The position numbers were made by a program, and so were the translations under genes. Below the pieces are notes generated by a model. That model was not told the DNA's origin and did not search any database. It was given only the letters and a program-made list of their open reading frames with translations. Below are positions 9,539-21,029 of a stretch of 64,000 bases of DNA, one piece after another. Each line of letters opens with the position of its first letter. The first letter of the stretch is position 1. Source of the stretch: Selaginella moellendorffii (Eukaryota > Plantae > Lycopodiophyta); NCBI RefSeq assembly GCF_000143415.4, contig NW_003314267.1, forward strand, positions 2,831,839-2,895,838. The letters are read 5' to 3'.

Positions 9539-12500
9539 TGTAAGCCACAAATTTTTCCTTTCCAATTTGCCAACTTACCTTGTCTACCCGATCAACACTA
9601 CCTTGTCTTGTACTAAGTTCTCTCGCCAAGGTTCTCACTTATTGTACCAGGTCCTACTTGGTTCTACTTGGTTTCAGCTACTCACTGCACAAATAACAGA
9701 GAGTTAGCCTTCCATCCACGGATTCCCAAATCCCTCCCAATCCCCCTCCCCGGGTTAGACTGGACTTAAGGTTCGGCTACACTCCCCCTAGGCACAAGCA
9801 GCCAAGCACACCAAGCCTCCAGGTTCCTAACACCCCTTGGTACAATAAGACTTGATCATGGAACCCTCTAAATCCCAAACCTTGGCTGCAACACTTGCTT
9901 TGGGACATCGGCACGAAACACTGTGGCCTAACGGCCCAGTATGGGTACCTCTACCCCCCCACTTCCATCCCGAAGGGAAGGCCCAAGCCCCTAAGAAGGG
10001 CGAGGACCAATGAGCCACAAGGTACTGAAGTGGGGCACCACTCCACATGAGCCGGGAGCACCATAGTCGGTTTCCCTTTCGGGAGTGGGAGCTGCTCTTG
10101 AGCACTTCCCTGGGTGGCCCCTCCAGCACCACCCAAGCCCATGCTCACTCCCACCCAAGGCCCCTCGGCCCCAGTCTCAACCTCAAGTCAGTTTGGAAGC
10201 ACCACTAGAGAGTTCCTTCAAGACTGGTTCCTGGACCTCATTATCCCTACTATACTTTTGGAACCCCCTGCAGTGCCCCCCCCCCCCCCCCCCCCCCCGG
10301 GAAATGCACGCTTTGGGCTTTCACCCCTTGACCCGTATTAGTATCTCGGACCCAACTTTGGACTCAGTCTCGGACTCGATCTCGGACTTGATCTTGGACC
10401 CGATCTCGGACTCGACTTTGGACTCGACTTCAGACTCGGTCTCGGACCCAATTTGGATCTCGGACTCTATCTCAAACTCGGTCAGGAACTCGGTCTCCGA
10501 TTTGGCCTTGGACTCGATCCCGGACTCTATCTCGAACTCGGTCTCAGAGTCGGTCTTGGACTCGATCTTCGACTCGGTCCCATCCGATGAACTCTTTGTC
10601 ATTTCGGTCATGCTTTTGAGGATCCTTTACCCTCGGGGAGTCAGTTCCTTACAACTCCACCACCCATAGAAGAAGTTCGATGCCCACATCAAACGTCTCT
10701 TTTTATCCTACGACTTGTTGACCATGTCTCCAGGGGCATCCCCCCACTTAGCGGTGTGCCTAAGTTAGCCTCCCCGGCCAAGAGCCCATGACAACGGAAT
10801 ATAGGTGTCCCTATACCCTTCACCTCACCACGCCCTAGTATGGGATCAGGACTTGAACCCAGCCTTGCTTTACTAGAGGGTTGGGACTCGAACCTAACCT
10901 CCATAGAATACATCTATGGATTCGACATCCCCACGGGGAGTTAGGCGTAGTGCCCTACGCCTGGTCGACCTAGCCAACCCATGCTAATTAGCTTACCTTT
11001 AGCGTGCCTTTGGGTCCCAATATATGCCATTGCTCAACTTCACAAATTGATATTCTAATTGAACTTTGCATAAGTACATAGAGTTCTGCATTGCAGAAAT
11101 TCCTCCACTAGATCTCGCGCGTTTGCTAGGTTCTCCTCCGGTTCCCATGTTGCTTCGCAGTGTGGAAATCCTTTCCACTTCACAAGGAACTCTCTCACCT
11201 CGCGTCCTGGTCGCTTGCTCTTGCGTGCATTGAGGATGGCCTTGACTTCGTATTCCTCTTCCCCTTGGATAACCTCAGGTAAAGGTCTTACTTGGTCCTT
11301 GCAAAGCGGATCCTCAAAGTACGGCTTGAGTAAGTTCATGTGGAACACTGGGTGCATCTTCCCCATCTCTCAAGGAAGTTGGAGATGGTAAGCCACTTTA
11401 CCGATTCGTGCCTCAATCTCCTAAAGCCCCACAAACCTACTTAAGAAACTCAAGATCAATTCATTTGTAGAAATACATGCATTTTTACCTTTGGGTCAAC
11501 TTCCGGCTGATCCCACTTGGTAGCCTGAGGTTCTTGGTGTTCAGCCAGACCTTCTCCCCAGCTTGGAACTCTACATCCTGACGCTTCTGGTTCACGTACT
11601 TGGTTTGCCTTTGTTGAGCTCGTTCCAAGGAATCCCTCACTAGATTCCAGATGTTGAGTCTTTCCACCGTGAATGCTTCCACTACGGGTAACTCTCCATG
11701 ATACTCGGCCACGCCGAGTTCCACAGGACCTTCAATAGCTCGCCCATTGATGACTTCCCATGGACTCACCCCGATACTTGAATGTGGTGAGTTGTTATAA
11801 CACATTTCCGCAAGTCCCAAATGACTTACCCAATCGGTCTGGTCTCCTGAGACATAGCATCGCAAATAATCCTCTAGCTGCCTATTCACCCTTTCCATTT
11901 GTCCGTCTGTCAAGAAGTGTTCGTGCCATCAAACTTGACTTAATACCCAATACCTGTCTGTGGGTGATAAGCTGTGCTGAATTTCAACTTAGTGTGATAC
12001 TATTCCAAGAGAGTCCTTCAGAACCTACTAGTGAAGATCTTATCTCGATCTGAGATAATCTCTTCCAGCCTTCCCCGCACTTGAACCACTTATTTGAAGA
12101 ACAACTTTGCCACACCTTCCACATCCACTTCCGTTGTGGTGGGTATGAAATGTGCCATTTTTGAAAATCGGTCCACCACCACGAATATCGCATCAAACCC
12201 CTCGCTTGGGGGGAGTCCCGTGATGAAGTCCATCATAAGACATTTCCACGGACGATCTGGAATTGGGATGCTTTGCAACAAGCCCCCACTAGCCTTAGTC
12301 ACGGCTTTTACCTGCTGATATTTGGACATGTCTTTACATAGTCTTGGACATCCGTAGCCATATCTGGCCAGTGATACTTCCTCTTGAGTAAGCCCATCAT
12401 CTTGGGCACTCCGCCGTGTCCCGCAAGAGGTCCGTCATGACACTCTTCTAAGGCAACCTTCCTTAGTTCCCCTTCTGGAACATACACCCTCGTTTGTTTG

Positions 12501-13160
12501 TAATAGATGAGTCCATTGCATTCCGCATAGCCCGTTTTCTCTTCTGCTGGCAGCTCACCTCTCTGGTGAACTTCCCGTGCCTCTAGATTCCTTAGCAACA
12601 CTTCTTGTGCTAAACCATCGTTCTCATATGCTGTCCGCACATCGTCCCAAAAGGTAGCTGTTGCACTGGATATCGCCAACTTCAAGCTCGCTTTTCGACT
12701 TAGCGCATCTGCCACGATGTTGCTCTTCCCAGGCTTGTACAGGATTTCACAATCAAACTCGGCCAAGGCATTGGCCCACCGACCCTGTTTCCCTCTTAGG
12801 TCGGGCTATGACAAGAAGTGTTTCGTTGCCACATTGTCCGTGTAAACCTTGAAGTGTCTCCCAAGGTAGTGTTGCCACTCCTTGAGTGCCTTAACCACCG
12901 CAAACAGTTCCTTCTCGTGGGTAGGCTACTTCCTTTGAGCCTTATTCAACTTCTTCGAGAAGAACACTACTGGATGGTCGTCTTGCTTCAAAACTGTGCC
13001 CAACGCAATGTCTGAAACATCCATTTCTACCTCAAAATCCTTACCAAAGTCTAGTAATGCCAACACAGGAGCCTTCCTCAACTTCCCTTTGAGGTGGACG
13101 AATGCCGCCTCGCATTCCGCTGTCCATACCATCTTCCCTTTTCCTTTCTCGGTTATCCCA
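9539..13160 (-). mobile_element. 5'-truncated Ty3/gypsy chromovirus (family B, Galadriel-like): 3' LTR 9539-10653, PPT, 3' UTR, pol fragment
   Basis: LTR TGTAAG...CTTACA; PPT 10654-10668; RNase H/integrase/chromodomain coding on minus strand; abrupt junction back into family-A LTR at ~13160. Confidence 0.9.
11055..13160 (-). pseudogene. pol: pol fragment: RT connection, RNase H, integrase, chromodomain; contains two GT-AG introns (11907-11953, 11437-11488)
   Basis: WTAECEAAF..LK; TDNVATKHFLS..RWANALAEFDCEILYKPGKSNIVADALSRK; [12 protein letters not shown]; [20 protein letters not shown]; HPQTDGQMERVN after splicing; HPVFH; YEVKAILNAR..FLVKWKGFPHCEATWEPEENL; several stops and a frameshift near 12320. 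Confidence 0.92.
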
Positions 13161-14097
13161 TCACCCAACATCTGGGTACAACCTTCCTGGGCTAAACTGG
13201 CCTTTCCTAGCCAAACTGGCTCCATTGGAGTCCTCTTCCTACTATACTTTTAGAGCTCACCAAATCCCCCAGGGTCTGGGAAACAAAGGCTTTGGGCTTT
13301 CACCTCTCAGACTTGAACTCGAACTCGGACTTGGACTTGAAATTGGACTAGGACTCAAACTCAGACTCGGACTCGGGCTTGGGCTTGGTCTCGGCCTCGG
13401 CCTCGGTCTCGGTCCCAGTCTCAGTCCCGGTCTCGGTCTCGACTTCGGACTCCATCTCGAGTCCATCTCAGATTCCATCTCAAGTTCATCTCGAACTCCA
13501 TCTCGGTCCATCTCGGGTCCATCTCGAACTCCATCTCGGGTCCATCTCAGACTCCATCTCGGGTCCATCTCGGGTCCATCTCGGACTCCGTCTTGGGTCC
13601 ATCTCGGATCCATCTTGGACTCCATCTCGGTCCATTTCGGACTCTATCTCGGACTCCATCTGGGGTCCATCTCGAACTCCATCTCGGGTCCATCTCAGAC
13701 TCCATCTCGAGTCCATCTCGGATCCATCTCGGAATTCATCTCGGACTCCATTTCAGGTCCATCTCGGACTCCATCTCGGGTCCATCTTAGACTCCATCTT
13801 AGACTCCATCTTAGGTCCATCTCAAACTCCATCTCGGACTCCATTTCGGACTCCATCTCAGGTCCATCTCGGATCCATCTCGAGCCCCTTTTCTAGGGAC
13901 TCTTTTATTGCTCACTTCATGCTCGTTCCTTGAGCACATCATTGGGAGTTCCACTCCCACTCTTGACCTTTCAAGTCGGAGCCTTTTAGTGCAAACGTGT
14001 TAGGCTTGGTGCAAACGCTCATTTTGCTTTCGCTTCGGCCACTACCACATGGCACCCTTTCGGCTCCACTTTGGGGCTTAGGGATTTGTGTCTCACA

Positions 14098-14922
14098 GTT
14101 GTCACACAAATAAGTCTAGTGCTAGAGGTTAAAAAGTTTATTTCTTGTGAGCTAGTTTCTCTTATCAACTAGGCAATTTGAAGAGTTAGTGCCAAGAGCA
14201 ATGCACATTGCTCTAGAATGATTGGGAGTTGAGGTCAGTGTCTCGCATTTGTGCGCTCAGGTTCAAGTTCTTCAGCAGTGCCATGTTTTTGGGGTTGTCG
14301 AGATCTAGGGGTGAAGGGTCGCCAATCAAGCTAGATTTACTATTATGGGACTGATGTTACTTATACAAGCCAGATACACAGCTCAATTATTTTGAAGCTA
14401 GATTCTGTGGCAAAGGAGTGGTCAGTTGAGCGAAATTGCAATCTTTTGAAAGAAGAGATTGAAAGTCTAGAGAGAGCAGGTTTCAAACTAAAGACTTCCT
14501 CAAATGTTGCTGTTAGTATTGCTATGCCACCAATATCAACACTAGACTGGCATACATGACCAACTAGGAATGGGAAGGCTGTACAATATAGGTCTTCCAT
14601 TTCAAAAGGTGCACAAAAGAAGATCAAGCTAGTAAAAGAGTTGAAGTGTACAATCACAAAGACAAACTATATCAATGCTGTGGCTAAGGAGTTTGTTGTT
14701 GTGATTGAGTCATCAAAGGGTACAAGCTACACTGTCAAAATCTGAAAAAATCCATTTTGTACCTATCCAGATTTTACACAGAGGGAGAATAGGGGAAAAG
14801 TATATTTAGCCTGCAAGTACATCTATTACATTTTTATGCAAGAATTAAACCAAGATCCTAAGATTGACCATTACATCCACCAGGCAAGCCTTACAGTTGC
14901 GGAACTTGAGAAGTGTTTTTAG
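14098..14922 (+). pseudogene. Decayed MULE transposase, C-terminal part with SWIM zinc finger
   Basis: Same frame as 1549-2021 across the GTTGT TSD; SKGTSYTVKI*KNPFCTYPDF...ACKYIYYIF...IHQASLTVAELEKCF* fits the SWIM CxC..CxH motif with C>Y and H>Y transitions. Confidence 0.72.
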
Positions 14923-15061
14923 ATTGCTTTTAGTGTTCGGATCTATATTTTTATTTTTATTTTATTTGTCAAATTTACTTGGAAATATGGATTAAATCAA
15001 ATTTTGAAAAATGAGACAATGTTGGTTTGGGACGAACCAATGTTTTTCTTGTATTTCAGAA

Positions 15062-15115
15062 GCCGTGAGCTCAACTCGTGAGCTCATGAGCTCAAAACTT
15101 ACTCGAGCTCACTCC
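15062..15115. repeat. GAGCTC-rich cluster, candidate terminal inverted repeat of the MULE
   Basis: Four GAGCTC palindromes in ~50 bp, ~150 bp after the transposase stop and just before an unrelated repeat begins. Confidence 0.35.
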
Positions 15116-15129
15116 TAATCTAGGAATAC

Positions 15130-16830
15130 AAACTTTCAAGACTTAACTAACTTCCTTTTACCTATAACTTCACATAAGTTCACTTCAACACAACAATAAT
15201 ATGCTTAAGCATTAAACATCATGCCCATATTTTTAACATCCAATATTAACATTCGTAAAATACAAATGAATATCTAAAAGCCAATCATGAAAATTATATC
15301 TTTGGATATCCATATTGCACTAACACTCTTTTTCAATCACCTTCAAGATCTAATGTGAAACTAAAACATTAAAAAGAAAAATGACATAAAAATCAAACTC
15401 CTCATCACTTAACATAACAATGCCACCTCCTAGTTGGTTCTAATAGATTGGATGTTATTTCCTTTGGGCAATACATTTGCGACCATTTTTCTTGCCAAGT
15501 TGATGATACTTTGTGTTCTTTTAGTTGTCATTTATAAGTTGTTTAGCATGCTATTTGAAATCTTTGATAGTTTAGTTTTTATCATTAAGTTTTTTTGATG
15601 ATACACTAGCTATTGAATATTATTGGATGGTTAATCCAATATTTTCCCACTTTAGTGATCTTGGTGGTTCCTATACTCTAATATTGGTTTATCGGATGAT
15701 AACTTACTTGAAATACTTTTGTATTCTAATTTAAGATTTATTCACTCATAATTAAGTCTCTATGATATCATTGTTTCAGACTTTGATATTTTCCATCAAT
15801 TAATCTTTGAGTTTGGGCTAGTGTATACAAACTGGCTTTGCACTTCATGTGTATAGTGAAATCTTTAGTCATAGGGTAGCTACTGTGTACTGGTCAGATA
15901 AGGTCACATCACTTGCCTCTTTATTAATGTTTCTTATTTCGTTAAAAGGGCATGATCATGTAAACAACTCTAATTGATTATTTACAGTAGTATATTTAAA
16001 CCTTACTGACGAGTTTAGTTTCTTTGCTCATGAAGGTTGGGGCCTTTGGCTTCTCTCTATATACCATCTATGGGCAGGGGTGTATCACACTTTTGTAAGC
16101 TGGGTGACAACCAATGTAGCAAGGGTGGCTAACTCTGTTGGTCATTTCCTTGTCGGCAACAACCGAAAGGTGTCTAAGTTGGTAGCACATCTGTGTTAGA
16201 CAAAGAGGTTACCCTAACTCATTTAAGTTAGTGCATTTCTCACATAGTGTGATCACTATGAACATTTTCTAGAGTTGTTTTCTTGCCAGTGGTCTAGACT
16301 AGAGTATGCATCGACGAGGACATTGATCTTCCCTAGGGGGCAGAATGTTGCGAATGTGATTGTGGGTATCAAAAACTACCTATATTCTTTCCTTACTACC
16401 ATGATGGCAGGAGGTTGGTATTGCTGGTCCCTTTTTCAGTCTCCACTTAAGCTAGTTGAGAAATTAGTCTTCACGTATGCACTTGACCAGATGAGCATAA
16501 GGACGGAATTACTAAGTGCTATTAGTCAAGCATACTTGATTTGGTTAGAGAAACTCATTCGTTGATTTGCACTTGCTAGTGTTGGGAACCCCTGCAGTAT
16601 TGATCTTACTCCCTCAATATTCACTAGATGATAGCTTACCATGTTTACCAAACACCCTCACTATCATGTCCTCTATATTAGTTTTATTTGATCCCAAATG
16701 TTATTTATAAAAATGTCTAGATTCGCTCATTTGGCATATCTATGGAATATAAAGATTGTTTTAAACATAATGGTGTTCATCCCGTATCTAAATTCACAAT
16801 CTAGAGACATTCCATATTTAATAAGTTTCA
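15130..16830. repeat. Degenerate family-C repeat (LTR-like) fragments
   Basis: 15130-15425 is a direct copy of ~59440-59750; 15430-16830 is an inverted copy of ~55540-57100. Confidence 0.7.
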
Positions 16831-16831
16831 T

Positions 16832-19800
16832 CCCGACCACTATGTCCTACTATCCTTTGGGACTTCCACACCATGTGACTATATCCTTGGCCACTACACC
16901 AGAGGATTGCCCCTCTTTCTTTCCACAATCTGGGACTTTGGGACAACATTTTGGAAGACTGTGTCTTTACACAAGCCTCATGGGTACTCTTCCCACCTTC
17001 TGCCTTTGGGTACTCTAGCCATAGGCTTAGAGTGAGGTTCCATTGAGCCATGCCATGTATCCAAGTAGGTAGTGCCACCCATGCTTGGATTGGGAGTATT
17101 GACCATTCAATCTTCCAGGGGAACTAAAGTTGGCTCTTGAACACTTCACCAAGCTACTCTACTTGCCAATCTGTATTCACTCAAGCCTTAGACTTCCCAA
17201 TGGCTATCTTATCACCTAACAACTGGGTATAGCCTTTCTAGGCCAAATTGGCCTTTCCTGGCCAAATTGGCTTCACTAGGGTTTAACCCCCACACTCTCC
17301 CTATTATACTTTTGGAATGCCTTGCAGCGCCCCCCCTTGGGGGATGATCACTTTGGGCTTTCACCCAACACCCTGTATTAGTATTTGGACTCGGACTCGG
17401 TCTCAAACTCGGACTCGAACTTGGTCTCAGTCTTGGTCTTAGTCTTGGTCTCAATCTGAGTCTCGGTCTTGGTCTCAGTCTTGGTCTCGGTCTCGGTCTC
17501 GGTTCCATCTGAGACTCCATCTCGGACTCTATCTCGGGTCCATCTTGAGTCCATCTCGAACTCCATCTCAGGTCCATCACAAACTCAATCTTGGGTCCAT
17601 CTTGGGTCCATCTCGGACTCCATCTCAGACTCTTCCATGTGGCATGTGTTGGTCCTCTTATGTCCTGTTTTTAAAGACTCACTTATTGCTCACTTTATGC
17701 TTGTTCCTTGAGCCCTTTATTGGGAGTTCCACTCCCGCTCTTAAATTTTCGAGTCGGAGCTTTTTAGTCCAAACATGTTACTCTTGTTTGGCTTTCATTT
17801 TGACTACTACCATGTGGCACCCTTTTGGCTCCACTTTAGGGCTTTGGGATTTATGTCTCACAACTCCACCACCCATAGACAAAGTTTGATGTCCTCATCA
17901 AATGATAAACCATTTTATAAAGTAATACTAGCATATGCTACCCTTTCCATCCTTGGCACATAGCCCATATTTATCAATGGTTTGACACTGAAAGCTTACC
18001 ATGCCTTATCCATCCTCTAAAGAGCATAGTCTCTTCAACATAGAGACTCATTCAACCACTTGTGGTGGTTTTTTCCTTTTATTGGTTTAGTTCTCACTAA
18101 ACCTGTTAGAAACACCTTCTTTATCTCAATCCCGCTACTCATTCTCAAGTAGTCTCAGTTTCCATCAATATAACCTTTACACTTTGGAACTTTTAATTTT
18201 GACTTCTCGAAGTCAAGTTTTGGGTGTCTTTGACACCTTGCATTGCACATATTATGCAACTCCACTTCCCCATCCTAAAAAGTTCTATACTTGAGGGCAC
18301 CATCATCCTTTTTTCTATTTCATACCACTTTTGGCACTAAGTTCTAGGTATCATAATTTATGCTAGGGCTGTCCATGGCCCTATCATTTAGCTACCTTAC
18401 TGCTCCCTCCTTTGAAGCTTTCACTTTTGCCAAATCGGAGCAATTGAGAATTCATCCTTGGAAACATATTACCTTTCCCACCATCCATTAGCATCCAACA
18501 CATTAGTGTTCCTAGCTTAACTTTACCATTTGGATTCTTTCCCATGATTCCCATAGCTCTTTTCTTAACCACTAATCTTTTGCTCTTATCCTTTGATTAT
18601 TACACCTAGCAACATAGGATTACTACCTCTATTCTCAATGTATACTTTAGGTTCTATACCAAAGACTTTGTTTTGCCAAATCCAGAGGGTGTTCACCCCT
18701 AATACGTCTCTTTAGCATTTTCTGTTGTGGGCTCTATCCATGGCCCAACTTTGTGACCCTCCCATGGGTCTTTTATAGAGACTAATTTCTTCAGACTCAC
18801 TATGCTATTGCATTGACACAGTTCATTTCCCTTATGTGTTCTTCCCACTTGGTCACCTTGACTAAGCTACACCATCATTAATAATTTAAGTCAACACTTT
18901 GAACTAGAAATCTTATTCCTTAACCTCATAAGGACCTTGTCCTTGCTTTAGCCATAAGATCACCTAGTGATCTAACCTTGACACCTGTTATGGACCCTTG
19001 GCTGGAAGGGCTGACTTGGGTGCACTGCCAAGTGTGGGGGATGCCCCCAAGGTCATGGTTAACAACTTAAAGGTCTGGAAGGCTTAGTATCTATTGGCAA
19101 ACTTGGTAATGTACTGAGATTGGGTGTCCCTATCTCATTTACCACGTCCTTGGTGCCACTTACCCCAAAAAGTTCAAGTTAGATATATTGAACTTTCACA
19201 CTAAGCAATCTAACCGTGCATCACAACTCCGGGGCATCCCCCGCTTGGTGGTGTGCCCAAGCCCATCTCCTTACTAAAAATCCATAACCACCGAAAAATG
19301 AGTATCCTCATATTCCAAACCATCACCGTGCCCTAGTGAGTTAGGACTCGAACCCAAGCACTAAAGAGTCGGGACTCAAACTCAAACTCAGTATATACAT
19401 CTATGGATGGCATCACCTAAGATGTCTGGCATGACTCCCCATGCCAGTGCACCAACTTATACTCAAAGTGCACTATAGATCACAACTTAAGAACTTAATT
19501 CCTCCATATTGCTAAGTCCTCTCACTTGACAAGTCTGTGATCATGCTGTAAGCAACCAAAGAGAACGACTTGAGAGACAATCCATGGGGTTCAAATATAG
19601 AGAGAAAGGGCCCATGAACAACAGTGTGTAAACTCCTAAGTTTGGACTTCCTGGGAGGTNNNNNNNNNNNNNNNNNNNNNNNNNNNNNNNNNNNNNNNNN
19701 NNNNNNNNNNNNNNNNNNNNNNNNNNNNNNNNNNNNNNNNNNNNNNNNNNNNNNNNNNNNNNNNNNNNNNNNNNNNNNNNNNNNNNNNNNNNNNNNNNNN

Positions 19801-20372
19801 NNNNNNNNNNNNNNNNNNNNNNNNNNNNNACAGAGTGCACCCCTTTTTCAATCGGTTAAGGGTCTTGGGATATTTGGGGTTAAGCATCTTTGGGTTTGAA
19901 TAGTACTGGGCTGGGTGACCTCCCCAGAAAATCCAAACTCAAGAGGTTACAACTTTTTGCTTGTGTCTAACTCTTTGCTAAGATCAATATAATTGTTTCT
20001 CATACCAACTATCCATTAGCACTGCCCTATAGAGTTTACACACAACCTTTGTGTCAAAGTTGTTTTCTTTTGGGAACCTCTTTCCCATGACTTTAGTAGC
20101 ATATTCTGCCATCAATAAGATACCCATTGTTCTCATACTTGGATCTTATGATTTTCCCATCCTTCGTGGGCACAACACACCTTAGTCTAAATATGTTTTA
20201 CCAATCCCTTAGAACCATTCCTTGACTCTACTTGAGTTATCTATGTTTTTGGACTTTTCTAATCCAATGATCTGTAAAGTCCTACTTTGAAGTGTCAACT
20301 CACTAGAATATAACTTCTTATTTCATATCCTACTCATAAGGACCATCTTTGCAAGTGTTACTCCAACACTTA
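16832..20372 (-). mobile_element. Older truncated family-A element (partial LTR 16832-17862, PPT, internal region with insertion and deletion)
   Basis: LTR end TCTCACA at 17862 followed by PPT; internal sequence colinear with 4426-5280 and 6650-7080; extra ~870 bp at 18460-19330. Confidence 0.85.
19547..19951 (+). mobile_element. Cassandra solo LTR with a second, opposite-orientation Cassandra LTR nested at 19627-19832 (mostly gap)
   Basis: TGTAAGCAACC...GGTTACA is the reverse complement of the 22844 LTR; nested copy flanked by CAGTG/GAGTG; 5S-like GTTAAGCATCTTTGGGTTTGAATAGTACTGGGCTGGGTGACCTCC. Confidence 0.8.
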
Positions 20373-21029
20373 ATATGTCACAATAAACTAACACTATTGA
20401 ATTGAGCATTTAGATACAGCAAAACAAGAGATTGTTTTGTGAACTATAGATCACTAGCAGCTTGACACAATTTTATTGGCAAGCACTATAGGTGTGAGAA
20501 GTTTGTCAATGAATGAGGATTCTCTTGTATGGGTAAATGCCAAATTGATAGGAGGTTAGAAAATGAGAGATCTCATTAGATATATTAGTTTATATTGTTG
20601 TACATTACAATGTTTATTTAAAAGTATAGGCTAGAAAAAAATGTATCTAGTGAAGACTCTTGTGGATATTGAAGTGCTTCTTTGGCAGATTTTTATACAG
20701 CCTAAGAACATGATAAAGTGGCTGGTTTCTTATGCAAATGGCAAATTATGAGACATTGGTTATCAAGTCAGTTGGGATGTGTTGGGCCATATTTTCCTGA
20801 AGCATGTTTTGCAAAGGTGACTAGAGCTAATTCCCATATGTGTTTCAATATAGAGTCATCTATAAAGCTCTAGTGCATTGAAAAAAAGTTTCTCGCACCA
20901 TATCAAATTCATGTTATTAACATATTTTTTTTATAGTGGATTGCCTTGGGATATCTATTTACAGAAAATTATTGATGCCTGTTATGAATGTGACTTCGGG
21001 TATCAAAAGATATTTGTCAGCCAATCCTT

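Larger units (their letters stand above)
2022..14097 (-). mobile_element. Old family-A solo LTR hosting two nested insertions (pieces 2022-2681, 9515-9538, ~13160-14097)
   Basis: Starts TGTAAG at 2022, ends TCTCACA at 14097; perfect 5-bp TSD GTTGT at 2017-2021 and 14098-14102. Confidence 0.9.

Noticed and set aside
10766-10795. HDV-like ribozyme (GCC-TCCCC-GGC)
   Set aside because: The loop is too short and no P1/P2 partners were found
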